Source: SAR86 cluster bacterium SAR86E (GTDB lineage: Bacteria > Pseudomonadota > Gammaproteobacteria > Magnimaribacterales > D2472). From it: a stretch of DNA of 64,000 bases. The position numbers and the translations under genes are program-made. Shown here piece by piece: positions 9,553 to 19,760 of this stretch (within the stretch, counting starts at the first letter, position 1; each line of letters starts with the position of its first letter). The stretch spans positions 93,215 to 157,214 of the forward strand of contig AMWX01000008.1 in assembly GCA_000307935.1 (NCBI GenBank), given 5' to 3'. Under the pieces are notes generated by a model, which was not told where the DNA came from, did not search any database, and saw only the letters and a list, made by a program, of their open reading frames with translations.

Positions 9553-9582
9553 TTTTTCAGTGAGACCTTACTTACTGAGAAA
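9553..9582 (+). terminator. hairpin between convergent small ORF and tRNA-Met
   Basis: TTTTTCAGTGAG-ACCTTA-CTTACTGAGAAA, 12 bp including two G-U pairs on the + strand. Confidence 0.45.
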
Positions 9583-9609
9583 ATTCTTTGTTTTAAAAAA
9601 TTCCAGAAG

Positions 9610-9686
9610 TGGTGGCTATGGGTGGAATTGAACCACCGACCCCAGCGTTATGAGTGCTGTGCTCTAACCATCTGAGCTACATAGCC
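9610..9686 (-). tRNA. elongator tRNA-Met(CAT)
   Basis: Reverse complement GGCTATGTAGCTCAGATGGTTAGAGCACAGCACTCATAACGCTGGGGTCGGTGGTTCAATTCCACCCATAGCCACCA; metT-like acceptor stem; follows ychF. Confidence 0.93.
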
Positions 9687-9720
9687 AAGTTTTGAAATGA
9701 TAAAGAACTTCATTTATAAG

Positions 9721-10806
9721 TCAAACATTAAATTTGAAGTGGATAATGTCTCCATCCATTACCAAATAATCCTTTCCTTCTAGCCTCAGCTTGCCTTCTT
9801 TTCTGGCACCAGATTCGCCGTTACAGGTCAAAAAATCTTCATATGAAATAACCTCAGCCTTAATAAAACCTCTTTCAAAGTCAGTATGAATAACGCCTGC
9901 AGCTTGGGGGGCCAAAGAGTTCTTACGAACAGTCCATGCTCTAGATTCTTTTGGTCCAGCGGTAAAATATGTTTCTAAATTAAGCAATTTATAACCTGCG
10001 AGTATTACCTTATTTAATACTGGCTCATCCATATCAAGTAACTCTAGATATTCTGCTTGCTCATCCTCCTCTAAAGTAGCTAGCTCATGCTCAACCTTTA
10101 TAACCGCAGGAATAATATTTATATCATTTTTTTTTGCATATTCTGCTAAATCACCCACTTTATTTCTAGACTCATCATCTGACATATTTGCAATTAAAAC
10201 CATTGGTTTGGTTGAAAGTAAATTCATACTCTCAATAAATTTAATTTCCTCACCATCAAAGCTATCTAAGTTTGGTAAATTTCCATTCTCCATAAGAGTT
10301 CTTAATGAATCAATAATTACTTTATGTTTCTTTGCTTCAGTATCTCCGGATCGTATTAATTTTTCTAGCTTCTGATCTCTTTTATCCAGAACTTCTAAAT
10401 CAGCAAAAATTAACTCAAGATTAATTGTTTCAACATCTTTAAGCGGCTCAATTACTCCATCTACGTGAACAACATTTTCATCATCAAAACATCTTACAAC
10501 ATGCAATAGTGCGTTCATTTCCCTGATATTAGATAAAAATGCATTCCCAAGACCCTCTCCTTTTGAAGCACCCTTTACCAGTCCAGCTATGTCAACAAAA
10601 CTCATTGTCGTAGGTATAACTTTATCTGATTGAACAATGCTATTTATTTTTTCTAATCTTTTATCTGGAACATTGACTATTCCTAGGTTAGGTTCAATTG
10701 TGCAAAAAGGAAAATTCTCAGCCGGAATAGCTGATTTAGTAATGGCATTAAACAATGTAGATTTTCCTACATTAGGCAACCCTAGAATCCCACACTTAAA
10801 ACCCAT
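9721..10806 (-). CDS. ychF: redox-regulated ATPase YchF
   Basis: GLPNVGKST, FPFCTIEPN and DIAGLVKGAS motifs; TGS domain. Confidence 0.98.
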   Translation of the reverse strand: MGFKCGILGLPNVGKSTLFNAITKSAIPAENFPFCTIEPNLGIVNVPDKRLEKINSIVQSDKVIPTTMSFVDIAGLVKGASKGEGLGNAFLSNIREMNALLHVVRCFDDENVVHVDGVIEPLKDVETINLELIFADLEVLDKRDQKLEKLIRSGDTEAKKHKVIIDSLRTLMENGNLPNLDSFDGEEIKFIESMNLLSTKPMVLIANMSDDESRNKVGDLAEYAKKNDINIIPAVIKVEHELATLEEDEQAEYLELLDMDEPVLNKVILAGYKLLNLETYFTAGPKESRAWTVRKNSLAPQAAGVIHTDFERGFIKAEVISYEDFLTCNGESGARKEGKLRLEGKDYLVMDGDIIHFKFNV

Positions 10807-10808
10807 GT

Positions 10809-11372
10809 TTAATTAGAATGAAGTTTTAGTTGTGCGCTTTGGATGTTACCATCCCCCAATAAGTTAATAATATTATTAAAATTATAGAAGCTTTCTATAA
10901 GTATCTTTTTTTCAGAAGGTTTAAACTTACCTAGAACCCAATTTGTAACATCAACCTTATTTCCAGGATGTCCTATTCCCACTCTGAGTCTTAAAAATGA
11001 TTTTCCTACAGTAGATATAACACTTTTTAACCCATTATGCCCTCCATGACCTCCGCCTTCCTTGATCTTTAAAGTGCCTATTGGTAAATCTAAATCATCA
11101 TGAATTACGATAATATTTTTAAGATCTAAATTGCTAGTTTGAAGAATTTTTTTAATTGATTGACCAGATTCATTTACATAATGATTTGGGTAGCCCCATA
11201 AAATCTTTTGGTCAGATGAAATAACTACCGTGGACTCTATCTTTTTTTTTGCTTGGAGATCAAGACCAATGTCTTTAGTAACACTTTTCACCCAATCCTT
11301 ACCAATATTATGGCGAGTTCCATTGTATTTAAGGCCAGGATTACCTAGACCAATAATACATATATCAGGCAC
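10809..11372 (-). CDS. pth: peptidyl-tRNA hydrolase
   Basis: GLGNPG..Y..TRHN and GGHGGHNGLKS motifs. Confidence 0.97.
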   Translation of the reverse strand: MPDICIIGLGNPGLKYNGTRHNIGKDWVKSVTKDIGLDLQAKKKIESTVVISSDQKILWGYPNHYVNESGQSIKKILQTSNLDLKNIIVIHDDLDLPIGTLKIKEGGGHGGHNGLKSVISTVGKSFLRLRVGIGHPGNKVDVTNWVLGKFKPSEKKILIESFYNFNNIINLLGDGNIQSAQLKLHSN

Positions 11373-11386
11373 TTAAATTGAAGTTT

Positions 11387-12091
11387 CTATTTGCTTGATT
11401 CAGCTTCATCAGTAGCGCTTTCATCTGAATCAGATGAATCTGTAGCAGCCTCATCTCCTTGAGGCGCATCACTATCTTCACTATCTGGAAGTATCTCTGA
11501 TTCCTCAACTTCAGCCCTAGGTGGATTAACTGAGACAACCATTTGATCATTTTCTTCATCATAGCCAGGTATTTCAGCACCCTCAGGCAGTGTGAGGTCT
11601 GATAATCTAATTGCTTCGTTAAGCATTAAGTTAGAAATATCAATCTCAATTGCCTCTGGAATGTCTCCTGCTAAACAAGCTATTTCGATTTCTGAGATAG
11701 CTTTTGCTATAACACCACCCTCGGTTTTCACGCCCTCACATTCTTCTTCTCCATTAAATTTAAATGGAACGACAACCTTAAGTTTTGTTTTTCTTGAAAC
11801 TCTTTGAAAATCAGCATGAAGGAATTTTCCTTTTACAGGTTCCCTTTGAAGTTCTTTGAGAACCACTTTTTCTTCTTGCCCCTCTAATAAAATCTTGAGA
11901 ACTTGAGTGTAAAAAAGTTCATTTTCAGATGCTTTTGTAAGCTCATTAAGCTTTAATTTTATATTTTTAGACTCTTCTTCATTTCCATATATTATCGCGG
12001 GTACCATTGCATCCTCGCGTCTAATTTCACGTGTTTTATTTGTGCCAGTTCTAACCCTTAGATCCGCGTTTAATATTATTTCGTTTGACAT
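11387..12091 (-). CDS. rplY: 50S ribosomal protein L25/Ctc
   Basis: VPAIIYG and LHADF motifs, beta-domain, acidic tail; prs-rplY-pth synteny. Confidence 0.96.
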   Translation of the reverse strand: MSNEIILNADLRVRTGTNKTREIRREDAMVPAIIYGNEEESKNIKLKLNELTKASENELFYTQVLKILLEGQEEKVVLKELQREPVKGKFLHADFQRVSRKTKLKVVVPFKFNGEEECEGVKTEGGVIAKAISEIEIACLAGDIPEAIEIDISNLMLNEAIRLSDLTLPEGAEIPGYDEENDQMVVSVNPPRAEVEESEILPDSEDSDAPQGDEAATDSSDSDESATDEAESSK

Positions 12092-12114
12092 ATGCCGTAC
12101 CTTTTAACTTTATT

Positions 12115-13074
12115 TTACAAAAACAGAGCGCTAAGCGACTCTTCATTGTTTAATCTTCTAATGCACTCTGCGATAGTAGGGGCAAGAGAAATGACGCGTA
12201 TTTTACTGCATTTTTGTGCTTGTGGGGATAAAGAAATTGAATTGGTCACAACTAATTCATCTATTGATGATTTAGTAATTCTTTCAATTGCAGGGCCAGA
12301 CAATACAGGATGAGTAATATATGCTTTAACTTTAGCCGCACCTGCATCTTTTAAAGCTTGAGCTGCATTACATAAAGTGCCTGCTGTATCAATAATATCA
12401 TCGGGTACTATGCAGCTTTTTCCTTTAACATCACCAATAATATTCATAACTTCTGATTCATTTGCTGATGCACGTCTTTTATCGATAATTGCCAAATCTG
12501 ATTCATCTAAAAACTTAGCTAAGGCTCTTGCTCTGACAACACCACCAACATCAGGTGATACAACCATTATTTCTTCATCATTAGAGGTTCTAGACTTTAT
12601 GTCATCATGCATAATTTTTGTTGCATAAACATTGTCTGCAGGCATATCAAAAAAACCTTGAATAGATTCAGAGTGAAGATCAACGGTTAGAGTTCTGTCA
12701 ACACCAACTGAATTCATCATATCTGCTATAACTTTTGCGCTAATGGGCACTCTTGCTGATCTAACTCGTCTATCTTGACGAGCATAACCATAGTAAGGAA
12801 TGATAGCTGTTATTCTGGATGCAGATGATCTTTTTAGGGCGTCTGTTATTAACATTAACTCCATCAGGTTTGAATTTGAAGGAGCGCAAGTAGATTGAAT
12901 AATATATGCTTCATGCCCCCTGACATTTTCAAGAATTTCTACTTTTATCTCTCCATCAGAAAATTTTCCAAGATCAATACTTCCCAACTTCAGGCCAAGG
13001 ATTTTTGCAACTTGCTCTGAAAGTGATGTTGAAGCTGAGCCAGAAAAAATTCCAACTGTAGGTTTATTTATCAT
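12115..13074 (-). CDS. prs: ribose-phosphate pyrophosphokinase
   Basis: [16 protein letters not shown] and DDIIDTAGT motifs. Confidence 0.98.
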   Translation of the reverse strand: MINKPTVGIFSGSASTSLSEQVAKILGLKLGSIDLGKFSDGEIKVEILENVRGHEAYIIQSTCAPSNSNLMELMLITDALKRSSASRITAIIPYYGYARQDRRVRSARVPISAKVIADMMNSVGVDRTLTVDLHSESIQGFFDMPADNVYATKIMHDDIKSRTSNDEEIMVVSPDVGGVVRARALAKFLDESDLAIIDKRRASANESEVMNIIGDVKGKSCIVPDDIIDTAGTLCNAAQALKDAGAAKVKAYITHPVLSGPAIERITKSSIDELVVTNSISLSPQAQKCSKIRVISLAPTIAECIRRLNNEESLSALFL

Positions 13075-13086
13075 TTTTCTTTATAT

Positions 13087-13161
13087 TGGCTGGGGTGGCT
13101 GGATTCGAACCAGCGCATGACGGGATCAAAACCCGTTGCCTTACCGCTTGGCCACACCCCA
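13087..13161 (-). tRNA. tRNA-Gln(TTG)
   Basis: Reverse complement TGGGGTGTGGCCAAGCGGTAAGGCAACGGGTTTTGATCCCGTCATGCGCTGGTTCGAATCCAGCCACCCCAGCCA. Confidence 0.96.
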
Positions 13162-13995
13162 TTATGTTAAGTACTTTAATAATGGTGAACATTGTAAAGG
13201 TTCGCAAAAAGAGTGTCTCCATTTAGTTGGAATTTTTTTTAATGTTTTTTCAATTTCTTTGTATTCATTATAGGCACAAAAAATTGTTGAACCTGTTCCA
13301 GAGAGCTTTAAAGAGTTAATTTGATTTAGTTTCTCAAAATTTTTTTTTATTTCTGCATCATTATCAAGAAAAATTGGTAAAAATGAATTTTCTTCACTTT
13401 GAGCAATTAACTGCTGAGTTTTTTTATTTAAATTATCCCATTGTAAAAATAGATCTTTAGTAGAAGAGTGGATTTGAGGAAATAATAGTAAATATTTCAT
13501 TTGAATAAGTTCTTTTTCTTCAATTAGTTTTTCACCAATGCCAGTAGCATGAGCATTCTTCCCAAAAATAAAAAAAGGAATATCCGCACCCAGTTTCTTC
13601 CCAATCTGCATTAGCTCGTGTTGAGATAAACCAAGCTTAAATAAAAAATTGACTCCAATAAGCGCAGCAGCAGCATTCGAACTTCCGCCACCTAACCCTC
13701 CGCCCAATGGAATGTTCTTTTTAATTTCCACATCACAATAAAGTTCTTTGTCAGTATGATCTGATAATGCCTTGATAGCTTTAAAAACTATATTATTTTC
13801 ATCATCAATAGATTTTTCGAGATTTGTTTTAACTGAAATAGTAGAGTTCTTCGCGGTCTTCTTAATAAATAATTCATCAAATAAATTAATTAATTGGAAT
13901 TGTGTTTTAATTTCATGCATTCCATCTAATCTCTTTCTAAGAACTGAGAGATTTAAGTTTAGTTTTGCAGGACACTTAAGTTTAATTTCACTCAC
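13162..13995 (-). CDS. ispE: 4-diphosphocytidyl-2-C-methyl-D-erythritol kinase
   Basis: PAKLNL, KNIPLGGGLGGGSSNAA, LGADIPFF and LSGTGS motifs. Confidence 0.96.
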   Translation of the reverse strand: MSEIKLKCPAKLNLNLSVLRKRLDGMHEIKTQFQLINLFDELFIKKTAKNSTISVKTNLEKSIDDENNIVFKAIKALSDHTDKELYCDVEIKKNIPLGGGLGGGSSNAAAALIGVNFLFKLGLSQHELMQIGKKLGADIPFFIFGKNAHATGIGEKLIEEKELIQMKYLLLFPQIHSSTKDLFLQWDNLNKKTQQLIAQSEENSFLPIFLDNDAEIKKNFEKLNQINSLKLSGTGSTIFCAYNEYKEIEKTLKKIPTKWRHSFCEPLQCSPLLKYLT

Positions 13996-14479
13996 GCTTT
14001 AAGACACCATCAAAATTTAGATTTTTTCCATAGATCAAGCTTACAAACAAAGTATCCTCATCTTGACGATAGCATGATAATTCAACGCTAGAATTTTTTA
14101 AGATAAAAGATTTTTTGTTTCTATCAAAATTGCTTAAGCATGAATCAAAAAAATTCATATATTCATCTTTATTAAAATTTTTTGCTAAAAACATATATTC
14201 ATCATCAATTTGAGGAATAAAAGAAATGCCATTCAAATAGTTAAATTGAATCTTCAGCAGATTTCCAAATAAAGGTTTCCCAATCTGTATAATAACGTTC
14301 TCAGGAATAACTCTAATGCTAATTTTAAAGTTAGAGCTATTTTTTTTATCGGCAAATGAAAGCTTGCCTATAAATAGTTTTTCTGAAAATGTTGGGTGAG
14401 ATATAGATGAACATGAACCAAAAAAGATTAAAAAGAATATCGAGATAATTTTTGTAATGGAACTAAAGCTATTTGGCAT
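13988..14479 (-). CDS. divergent lipoprotein, probable LolB-like outer-membrane lipoprotein receptor
   Basis: Lipobox-like FFGSC after a hydrophobic stretch; occupies the lolB position between hemA and ispE; FIGKLSF and KPLFG loosely echo LolB. Confidence 0.6.
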   Translation of the reverse strand: MPNSFSSITKIISIFFLIFFGSCSSISHPTFSEKLFIGKLSFADKKNSSNFKISIRVIPENVIIQIGKPLFGNLLKIQFNYLNGISFIPQIDDEYMFLAKNFNKDEYMNFFDSCLSNFDRNKKSFILKNSSVELSCYRQDEDTLFVSLIYGKNLNFDGVLKRE

Positions 14480-15671
14480 AAATCATAAAACTACAAAGTT
14501 ATCTGAAAGAGAGTTATTCATTATAAATGACTCTAACCAAGATGACTTTATAAATTTCTTTCAAGAGAATTTTGGTGAATATATAGAATCATTTTTTGCT
14601 CTTTCTACATGTAATAGAACTGAAGTGTACTTTTACAGTTCGTTATCAAGTATTGATTCAATTGCTCAAAAAACCCTCGAATTCTTTGGCGCAAGTGATT
14701 CTTTGAGGAAAGACTTATATTTTTTCACCGGCACTAAAGCTATAGAACACATGTGCTTTGTTGCAAGTGGTCTTGATTCCCAGGTTTTGGGCGAACAGGA
14801 AATATTGGGTCAATTTAAAAAGTCAATTCAAACCTATACTAAAATGAAATGCTTAAGTGGTCAGCTCCAGAGGCTTACAGATGATATTATTTCAATTGCA
14901 AAAGCAGCAAGGACAGAAACCCAAATTGGTTTCAACCCGCTATCAGTTTCGGGTCTATCATTAAAAATTGTTCAAGAAATCTTTGAAGACCCAAGCAAGC
15001 AAAATCTCACTATAGTTGGGGCCGGTCAGATGGCAATCAGTGTAATTGAGAATTTCCATAACAATGATATTACAAATATAAAGGCAATCAATCGGTCAAA
15101 GAAAATATTGACCATCAATAATCATCTCTCAATTGAAACAACCCCCTTATCTAAACTTGGAGTTATGATTCAAAGTACAGATATCTTAGTAACATCTATA
15201 AATTCACCGCTTCCCATTATCGGTAAGGGCTTAATAGAACAAGTAATGAAAGAAAGGGGGAATAAACCAATGCTTCTCATTGACCTAGGAGTACCTAGAA
15301 ATATTGAAGATCAGGTAAGAGACTTAGAGTATGCGTATCTTTTCACGATTGAAGACATTGAGTTGGTTACTCAGGAGAATTTAGATGAACGCTCTCAAGA
15401 GGCATTAAAAGCTAAAGATATTATTGCTGATAAGATAAAATCCCTAAGCCAGGATAAGGCTGATAAGCAGCAACGTAAAGATGCTTATTTTATCCTTAAA
15501 GAAATCTTGAATAATATGAGTGAAGATAATTTTCTAGATTTAATACAATCAAAGGATCCCTTCACGTCTTTAGAGCAAATGGATGTTGCCCCCAATGATC
15601 AGTTACAGTATATTTCAACATTAACCCCTCACGCTATTTTGTCCATGATTAAGGAAATCAGAAGTGCTTGA
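14457..15671 (+). CDS. hemA: glutamyl-tRNA reductase
   Basis: GINHKT, STCNRTE, SGLDSQVLGEQEILGQ, GAGQMA and DLGVPRNI motifs. Confidence 0.96.
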   Translation: MELKLFGINHKTTKLSERELFIINDSNQDDFINFFQENFGEYIESFFALSTCNRTEVYFYSSLSSIDSIAQKTLEFFGASDSLRKDLYFFTGTKAIEHMCFVASGLDSQVLGEQEILGQFKKSIQTYTKMKCLSGQLQRLTDDIISIAKAARTETQIGFNPLSVSGLSLKIVQEIFEDPSKQNLTIVGAGQMAISVIENFHNNDITNIKAINRSKKILTINNHLSIETTPLSKLGVMIQSTDILVTSINSPLPIIGKGLIEQVMKERGNKPMLLIDLGVPRNIEDQVRDLEYAYLFTIEDIELVTQENLDERSQEALKAKDIIADKIKSLSQDKADKQQRKDAYFILKEILNNMSEDNFLDLIQSKDPFTSLEQMDVAPNDQLQYISTLTPHAILSMIKEIRSA

Positions 15672-16752
15672 AAAATCCATTATTACCAAATTAGAAAGCT
15701 TAAGATTGCGATCTACCGAGATACATGAGGCTCTCGCGAAAGAGGGCGCAACAGATGATATGGCACACTTCACTCAATTAAATAAGGAATACTCTGAAAT
15801 CACTCCTATAGTAGATTTATTTAAATTATTGCAAGATGCTGAGGCTGAGCTTAATGGCGCCAAAGAGCTATTAGACTCAACTGATGCGGAGTTGATAGAG
15901 CTTGCAAAAATTGAAGTAAATAGCAATCAAGAAAAGATTGCAGATCTTGAGAAGAATCTAAAATTTATGCTTTTACCAAAAGATGAAGCAGATGATGGGG
16001 CTGCATATCTTGAAATTAGAGCTGGAGCAGGAGGTGATGAAGCTGCTATATTCGCAGCAGATTTATTTAGAATGTATTCTAGGTTATCTGAGCGTCAAGG
16101 ATGGAAGCTAGAGATTGTTAACACAAAGCCATCAGAGCCAAGCGGTTTAAAAGAGGCAGTTGTTAAAATTAATGGACAAGGAGTTTTTAAATTCCTTAAA
16201 TTTGAATCAGGGGTCCATCGGGTTCAAAGAGTTCCAGAGACAGAATCACAGGGAAGAATTCATACTTCAACCGTTACAGTTGCGATTTTGCCAGAAGTTG
16301 ATGAAGTCCAAGATATTGAAATTGATAAGAGCGAATTAAGGGTTGATACATATAGAGCTTCTGGTGCTGGCGGGCAACATGTTAATAAAACTGACTCAGC
16401 AGTTAGATTAACTCATATTCCAACAGGGGTGGTAGTTGAGTGTCAAGATGATCGATCTCAACATAAGAATAAGGCTAAAGCAATGGCGCTATTGGTAGCT
16501 AAATTGAAACAAAATGAAATTGATGAACAGCAAAATTCAATTGCAAGTGAAAGAAAGATTTTAGTAGGCACTGGAGATAGAAGTGAGAAAATTAGGACCT
16601 ATAATTTTCCGCAGGGGCGCATTACTGATCACAGAATCAAGCTTACTCAGCATAATTTAGACCAAGTAATGGATGGGGATATGATTTCTATTTGCCAAGC
16701 ACTAATTACTGAAAATCAGTTAGCCCAGCTTTCTAATTTAGAAGAAACCTAA
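15664..16752 (+). CDS. prfA: peptide chain release factor 1
   Basis: GGQ motif, PET anticodon-mimic loop (RF1 PxT). Confidence 0.98.
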   Translation: MLEKSIITKLESLRLRSTEIHEALAKEGATDDMAHFTQLNKEYSEITPIVDLFKLLQDAEAELNGAKELLDSTDAELIELAKIEVNSNQEKIADLEKNLKFMLLPKDEADDGAAYLEIRAGAGGDEAAIFAADLFRMYSRLSERQGWKLEIVNTKPSEPSGLKEAVVKINGQGVFKFLKFESGVHRVQRVPETESQGRIHTSTVTVAILPEVDEVQDIEIDKSELRVDTYRASGAGGQHVNKTDSAVRLTHIPTGVVVECQDDRSQHKNKAKAMALLVAKLKQNEIDEQQNSIASERKILVGTGDRSEKIRTYNFPQGRITDHRIKLTQHNLDQVMDGDMISICQALITENQLAQLSNLEET

Positions 16753-16755
16753 TAA

Positions 16756-17577
16756 TTGAATCAAAGCCTTAAATATTATTTTGCACTTGCTAGATCTAAT
16801 GAGTCACTGCATCCTGAAATTGTTAGAGATTTAAAATTTTTCTTGCAGGGTCTCGAAGTTAGCGATGTCATTCTAGCTCTTGAAGACGAAGCCAATTTAT
16901 CGGCTGAGGAATCCATCAAGATCAATGCTTTTTTTAGATCATACCTATCCGGCATTCCTATTGACTATATTTTAAATGAGTCAGAATTTATGGGATATAA
17001 GTTTTATGTCGATTCAAGAGTATTAATTCCTCGACCAGAGACAGAATTAATTGTCGAGTGGGTATTGAATTTATCATTAAATAAAAACGCAAAAATTTTT
17101 GAGGTTGGAACGGGTTCTGGATGCATTGCAATTTCAATTTGTCTTAAAAATAAAGATCTCAAAATTATTGCTACAGATTTTTCAGATTCAGCATTAGAGG
17201 TGGCGCAAATTAATAGAGAATTACATAACGTTAAAAATGTGACGTTTATTCAATCCAATTGGATGGCTTGCTCAGTAGAAAATTCCCTTGATTTAGTGAT
17301 ATCAAATCCGCCATATTTGAAATCAGATGACCCTCATCTTAGTAATCTTAAGCATGAACCCGTCATGGCTTTGGTTTGTGAAAATGGACATCAAAGTTTT
17401 TTTGAAATTGCATCACACAGTATAAATTCTCTAAAGTTAGGAGGGAAAATAATATTTGAACATGGTTGCTCTCAAGCAGAGGAGGTTTCAAATATTTTAA
17501 AAAAATTGGGTTTTAAAAATATTGCTACAAAGAAAGATTTGCAGGGATTGGATAGATATACATATGCAAATAAATAA
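16756..17577 (+). CDS. prmC: release factor glutamine methyltransferase
   Basis: VLIPRPETE, GTGSGCI and NPPY motifs; follows prfA. Confidence 0.95.
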   Translation: MNQSLKYYFALARSNESLHPEIVRDLKFFLQGLEVSDVILALEDEANLSAEESIKINAFFRSYLSGIPIDYILNESEFMGYKFYVDSRVLIPRPETELIVEWVLNLSLNKNAKIFEVGTGSGCIAISICLKNKDLKIIATDFSDSALEVAQINRELHNVKNVTFIQSNWMACSVENSLDLVISNPPYLKSDDPHLSNLKHEPVMALVCENGHQSFFEIASHSINSLKLGGKIIFEHGCSQAEEVSNILKKLGFKNIATKKDLQGLDRYTYANK

Positions 17578-17680
17578 TATTATTTTCATATGATAAGATT
17601 TATTCTTTATATTTAATGTTGGATACAATCTAGCTTAAAAAAGATCAAAAAATACAAATAAATATAATGAGGTTACTTTA

Positions 17681-19297
17681 ATGAATGGCAATATGATGAA
17701 TTGGGATTTAACTATCCCCAAGGCAATTTTACATGCAGAAAAATATAACTTTGATGGTAAATTAGTTTCACGAGAATTAGATGGCTCCATAACTTCAACT
17801 ACTTATGGAGATTCGATTAAGCGATCAAAAAAGCTAGCTAATGCCCTCGCAAAACTTGGTGTGAATTTGCGCGATAGAGTTGCAACCATTGCATGGAATA
17901 ACAGCAGGCATTTTGAAACCTATTTTGCTGTATCTGGTATGGGAGCAATACTGCATACTTTAAATCCAAGATATTCCCCTGATCAATTAATCTACATTCT
18001 TAATCATGCAGAAGATGAAATTTTAATCGTTGACCCCACATTCATTCCTCTTGTAGAAAGCGTTCAAGATAAATTAGATACAGTTAAAACTATTATCATA
18101 GCTTCGGCAAAAGATGCTATTCCAGACAATAATTTAAAAAATGCATTGAGTTATGATGAATTAATACAAGCTGAATCTGATGAATATGATTGGCCTGAGT
18201 TGAGTGAAGATGATGCAGTTGCTTTGTGCTATACCTCTGGAACCACTGGTAACCCTAAGGGAGTTTTATACTCTCATAGATCAACTATTTTGCATGCAAT
18301 TTCCGTCTCTGGGGCTATGGGTTTTGATTCATCTAGTTCAGTCTTGCCTGTTGTTCCTATGTTTCATGTTAATGCTTGGGGAGTACCTTATTGTGCATTA
18401 ATTATTGGAATAACTTTGGTATTACCTGGTCATGCTCTTGATGGCAAGTCTTTGTATGAACTAGTTAAACAAGAATCAGTCGATTCTATGTTGGGCGTCC
18501 CTACTGTGTGGCTGGGACTATTGCAGTATCTTGAAGGAGAAGGTCTTAAACTGGATACGGTTGATCAAGTTTTGGTTGGAGGTTCCGCAGCTCCATATGC
18601 AATGATTAAAGCATTTGATGAACAGCATGATGCATTCTTAACTCATGGATGGGGAATGACAGAAATGAGCCCTCTAGGAACTATAAATGCACCAACCAAA
18701 AAAACAATGAGCCTTCCCAATGAAGAAAGATATCAACTTCAAACAAAACAAGGCTATCCAATGTTTGGTGTAGAGATTAAGACTGTTGATGATGAAAATA
18801 ACGAACTTCCCAGAGATGGAGAGGCTAGTGGCGCACTTAAGGTGAAAGGCCCATGGATAATGGACGAATATTATAAAGCAGACGGTCCAGCAACAGATGA
18901 GCAAGGTTGGTTTGATACGGGAGATGTCGCAACCATTCATCCAGATGGATGTATGCAAATTGTTGATAGAGCAAAAGATGTTATTAAAACTGGCGGAGAG
19001 TGGATCAGCTCAATTGATTTAGAAAATGCTGTGCTGACTCATGAAAATATCCTTGAAGCGTGTGTTGTGGGAGTGCCTCATCCCAAGTGGGATGAGAGAC
19101 CTTTGCTTTTTTTGATTACAAAAGATGGAAATGAAATTGATAAGGAAGAAATTAATGAATTCCTCTTAGAAAAAGTTGTTAAGTGGTGGCTGCCTGATGA
19201 TATTATCTTTGTTAAAGAGCTTCCACATGGTGCTACTGGAAAGTTATTGAAGGTTGAATTAAGAGAAGAATATAAAGATCATTTAATGGGAAAGTAA
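17681..19297 (+). CDS. fatty acyl-CoA ligase, AlkK/DmdB-like (medium-chain or 3-methylmercaptopropionate CoA ligase)
   Basis: [33 protein letters not shown] and [10 protein letters not shown] motifs. Confidence 0.9.
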   Translation: MNGNMMNWDLTIPKAILHAEKYNFDGKLVSRELDGSITSTTYGDSIKRSKKLANALAKLGVNLRDRVATIAWNNSRHFETYFAVSGMGAILHTLNPRYSPDQLIYILNHAEDEILIVDPTFIPLVESVQDKLDTVKTIIIASAKDAIPDNNLKNALSYDELIQAESDEYDWPELSEDDAVALCYTSGTTGNPKGVLYSHRSTILHAISVSGAMGFDSSSSVLPVVPMFHVNAWGVPYCALIIGITLVLPGHALDGKSLYELVKQESVDSMLGVPTVWLGLLQYLEGEGLKLDTVDQVLVGGSAAPYAMIKAFDEQHDAFLTHGWGMTEMSPLGTINAPTKKTMSLPNEERYQLQTKQGYPMFGVEIKTVDDENNELPRDGEASGALKVKGPWIMDEYYKADGPATDEQGWFDTGDVATIHPDGCMQIVDRAKDVIKTGGEWISSIDLENAVLTHENILEACVVGVPHPKWDERPLLFLITKDGNEIDKEEINEFLLEKVVKWWLPDDIIFVKELPHGATGKLLKVELREEYKDHLMGK

Positions 19298-19298
19298 T

Positions 19299-19760
19299 AT
19301 GCTGCACATTGTAAAACCTGGTGAAATTAATTCGGTTATTGGTAAAGATTTAGGCGCATCCGAATGGATGATTATTGATCAAGAAAGAATTGATAAATTT
19401 GCTGATGCAACCATGGATCATCAATTCATTCATGTAGATCCAAGCCAGGCAGAACCTATTTTTGGCTCGACAATTGCCCATGGATTTTTATCATTATCAC
19501 TTGTTGCCGGAATCTCATTTGAGCAAGAAATTGGCATGGTGCTTGAGGGAACAAAAATGGGCTTGAACTATGGCCTAGACAAGGTCCGTTTTTTAAGCCC
19601 GGTACCAGTAAACTCAGAAGTTAGAATTCATACTAAATGCATTGATGTTACAGAGAAAAATCCAGGGCAGTTTTTGGTTAAAAATGAAGTAACAATGGAA
19701 ATCAAGGGTGTAGATAAACCAGCTTATATAGCAGAGACCCTTAGTTTATTTATTACTTAA
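19299..19760 (+). CDS. MaoC/NodN-like hot-dog fold dehydratase
   Basis: [24 protein letters not shown] and NYGLDKVRF motifs. Confidence 0.92.
   Translation: MLHIVKPGEINSVIGKDLGASEWMIIDQERIDKFADATMDHQFIHVDPSQAEPIFGSTIAHGFLSLSLVAGISFEQEIGMVLEGTKMGLNYGLDKVRFLSPVPVNSEVRIHTKCIDVTEKNPGQFLVKNEVTMEIKGVDKPAYIAETLSLFIT

Noticed and set aside
9030-9686. Possible integrated element at the tRNA-Met 3' end
   Set aside because: No integrase, no duplicated tRNA 3' end (att) seen, and composition is not obviously foreign
11387-11520. Low-complexity acidic tail of L25 (and charged tail of S6)
   Set aside because: Such tails are common in Ctc-type L25 and in S6; not a DNA repeat element
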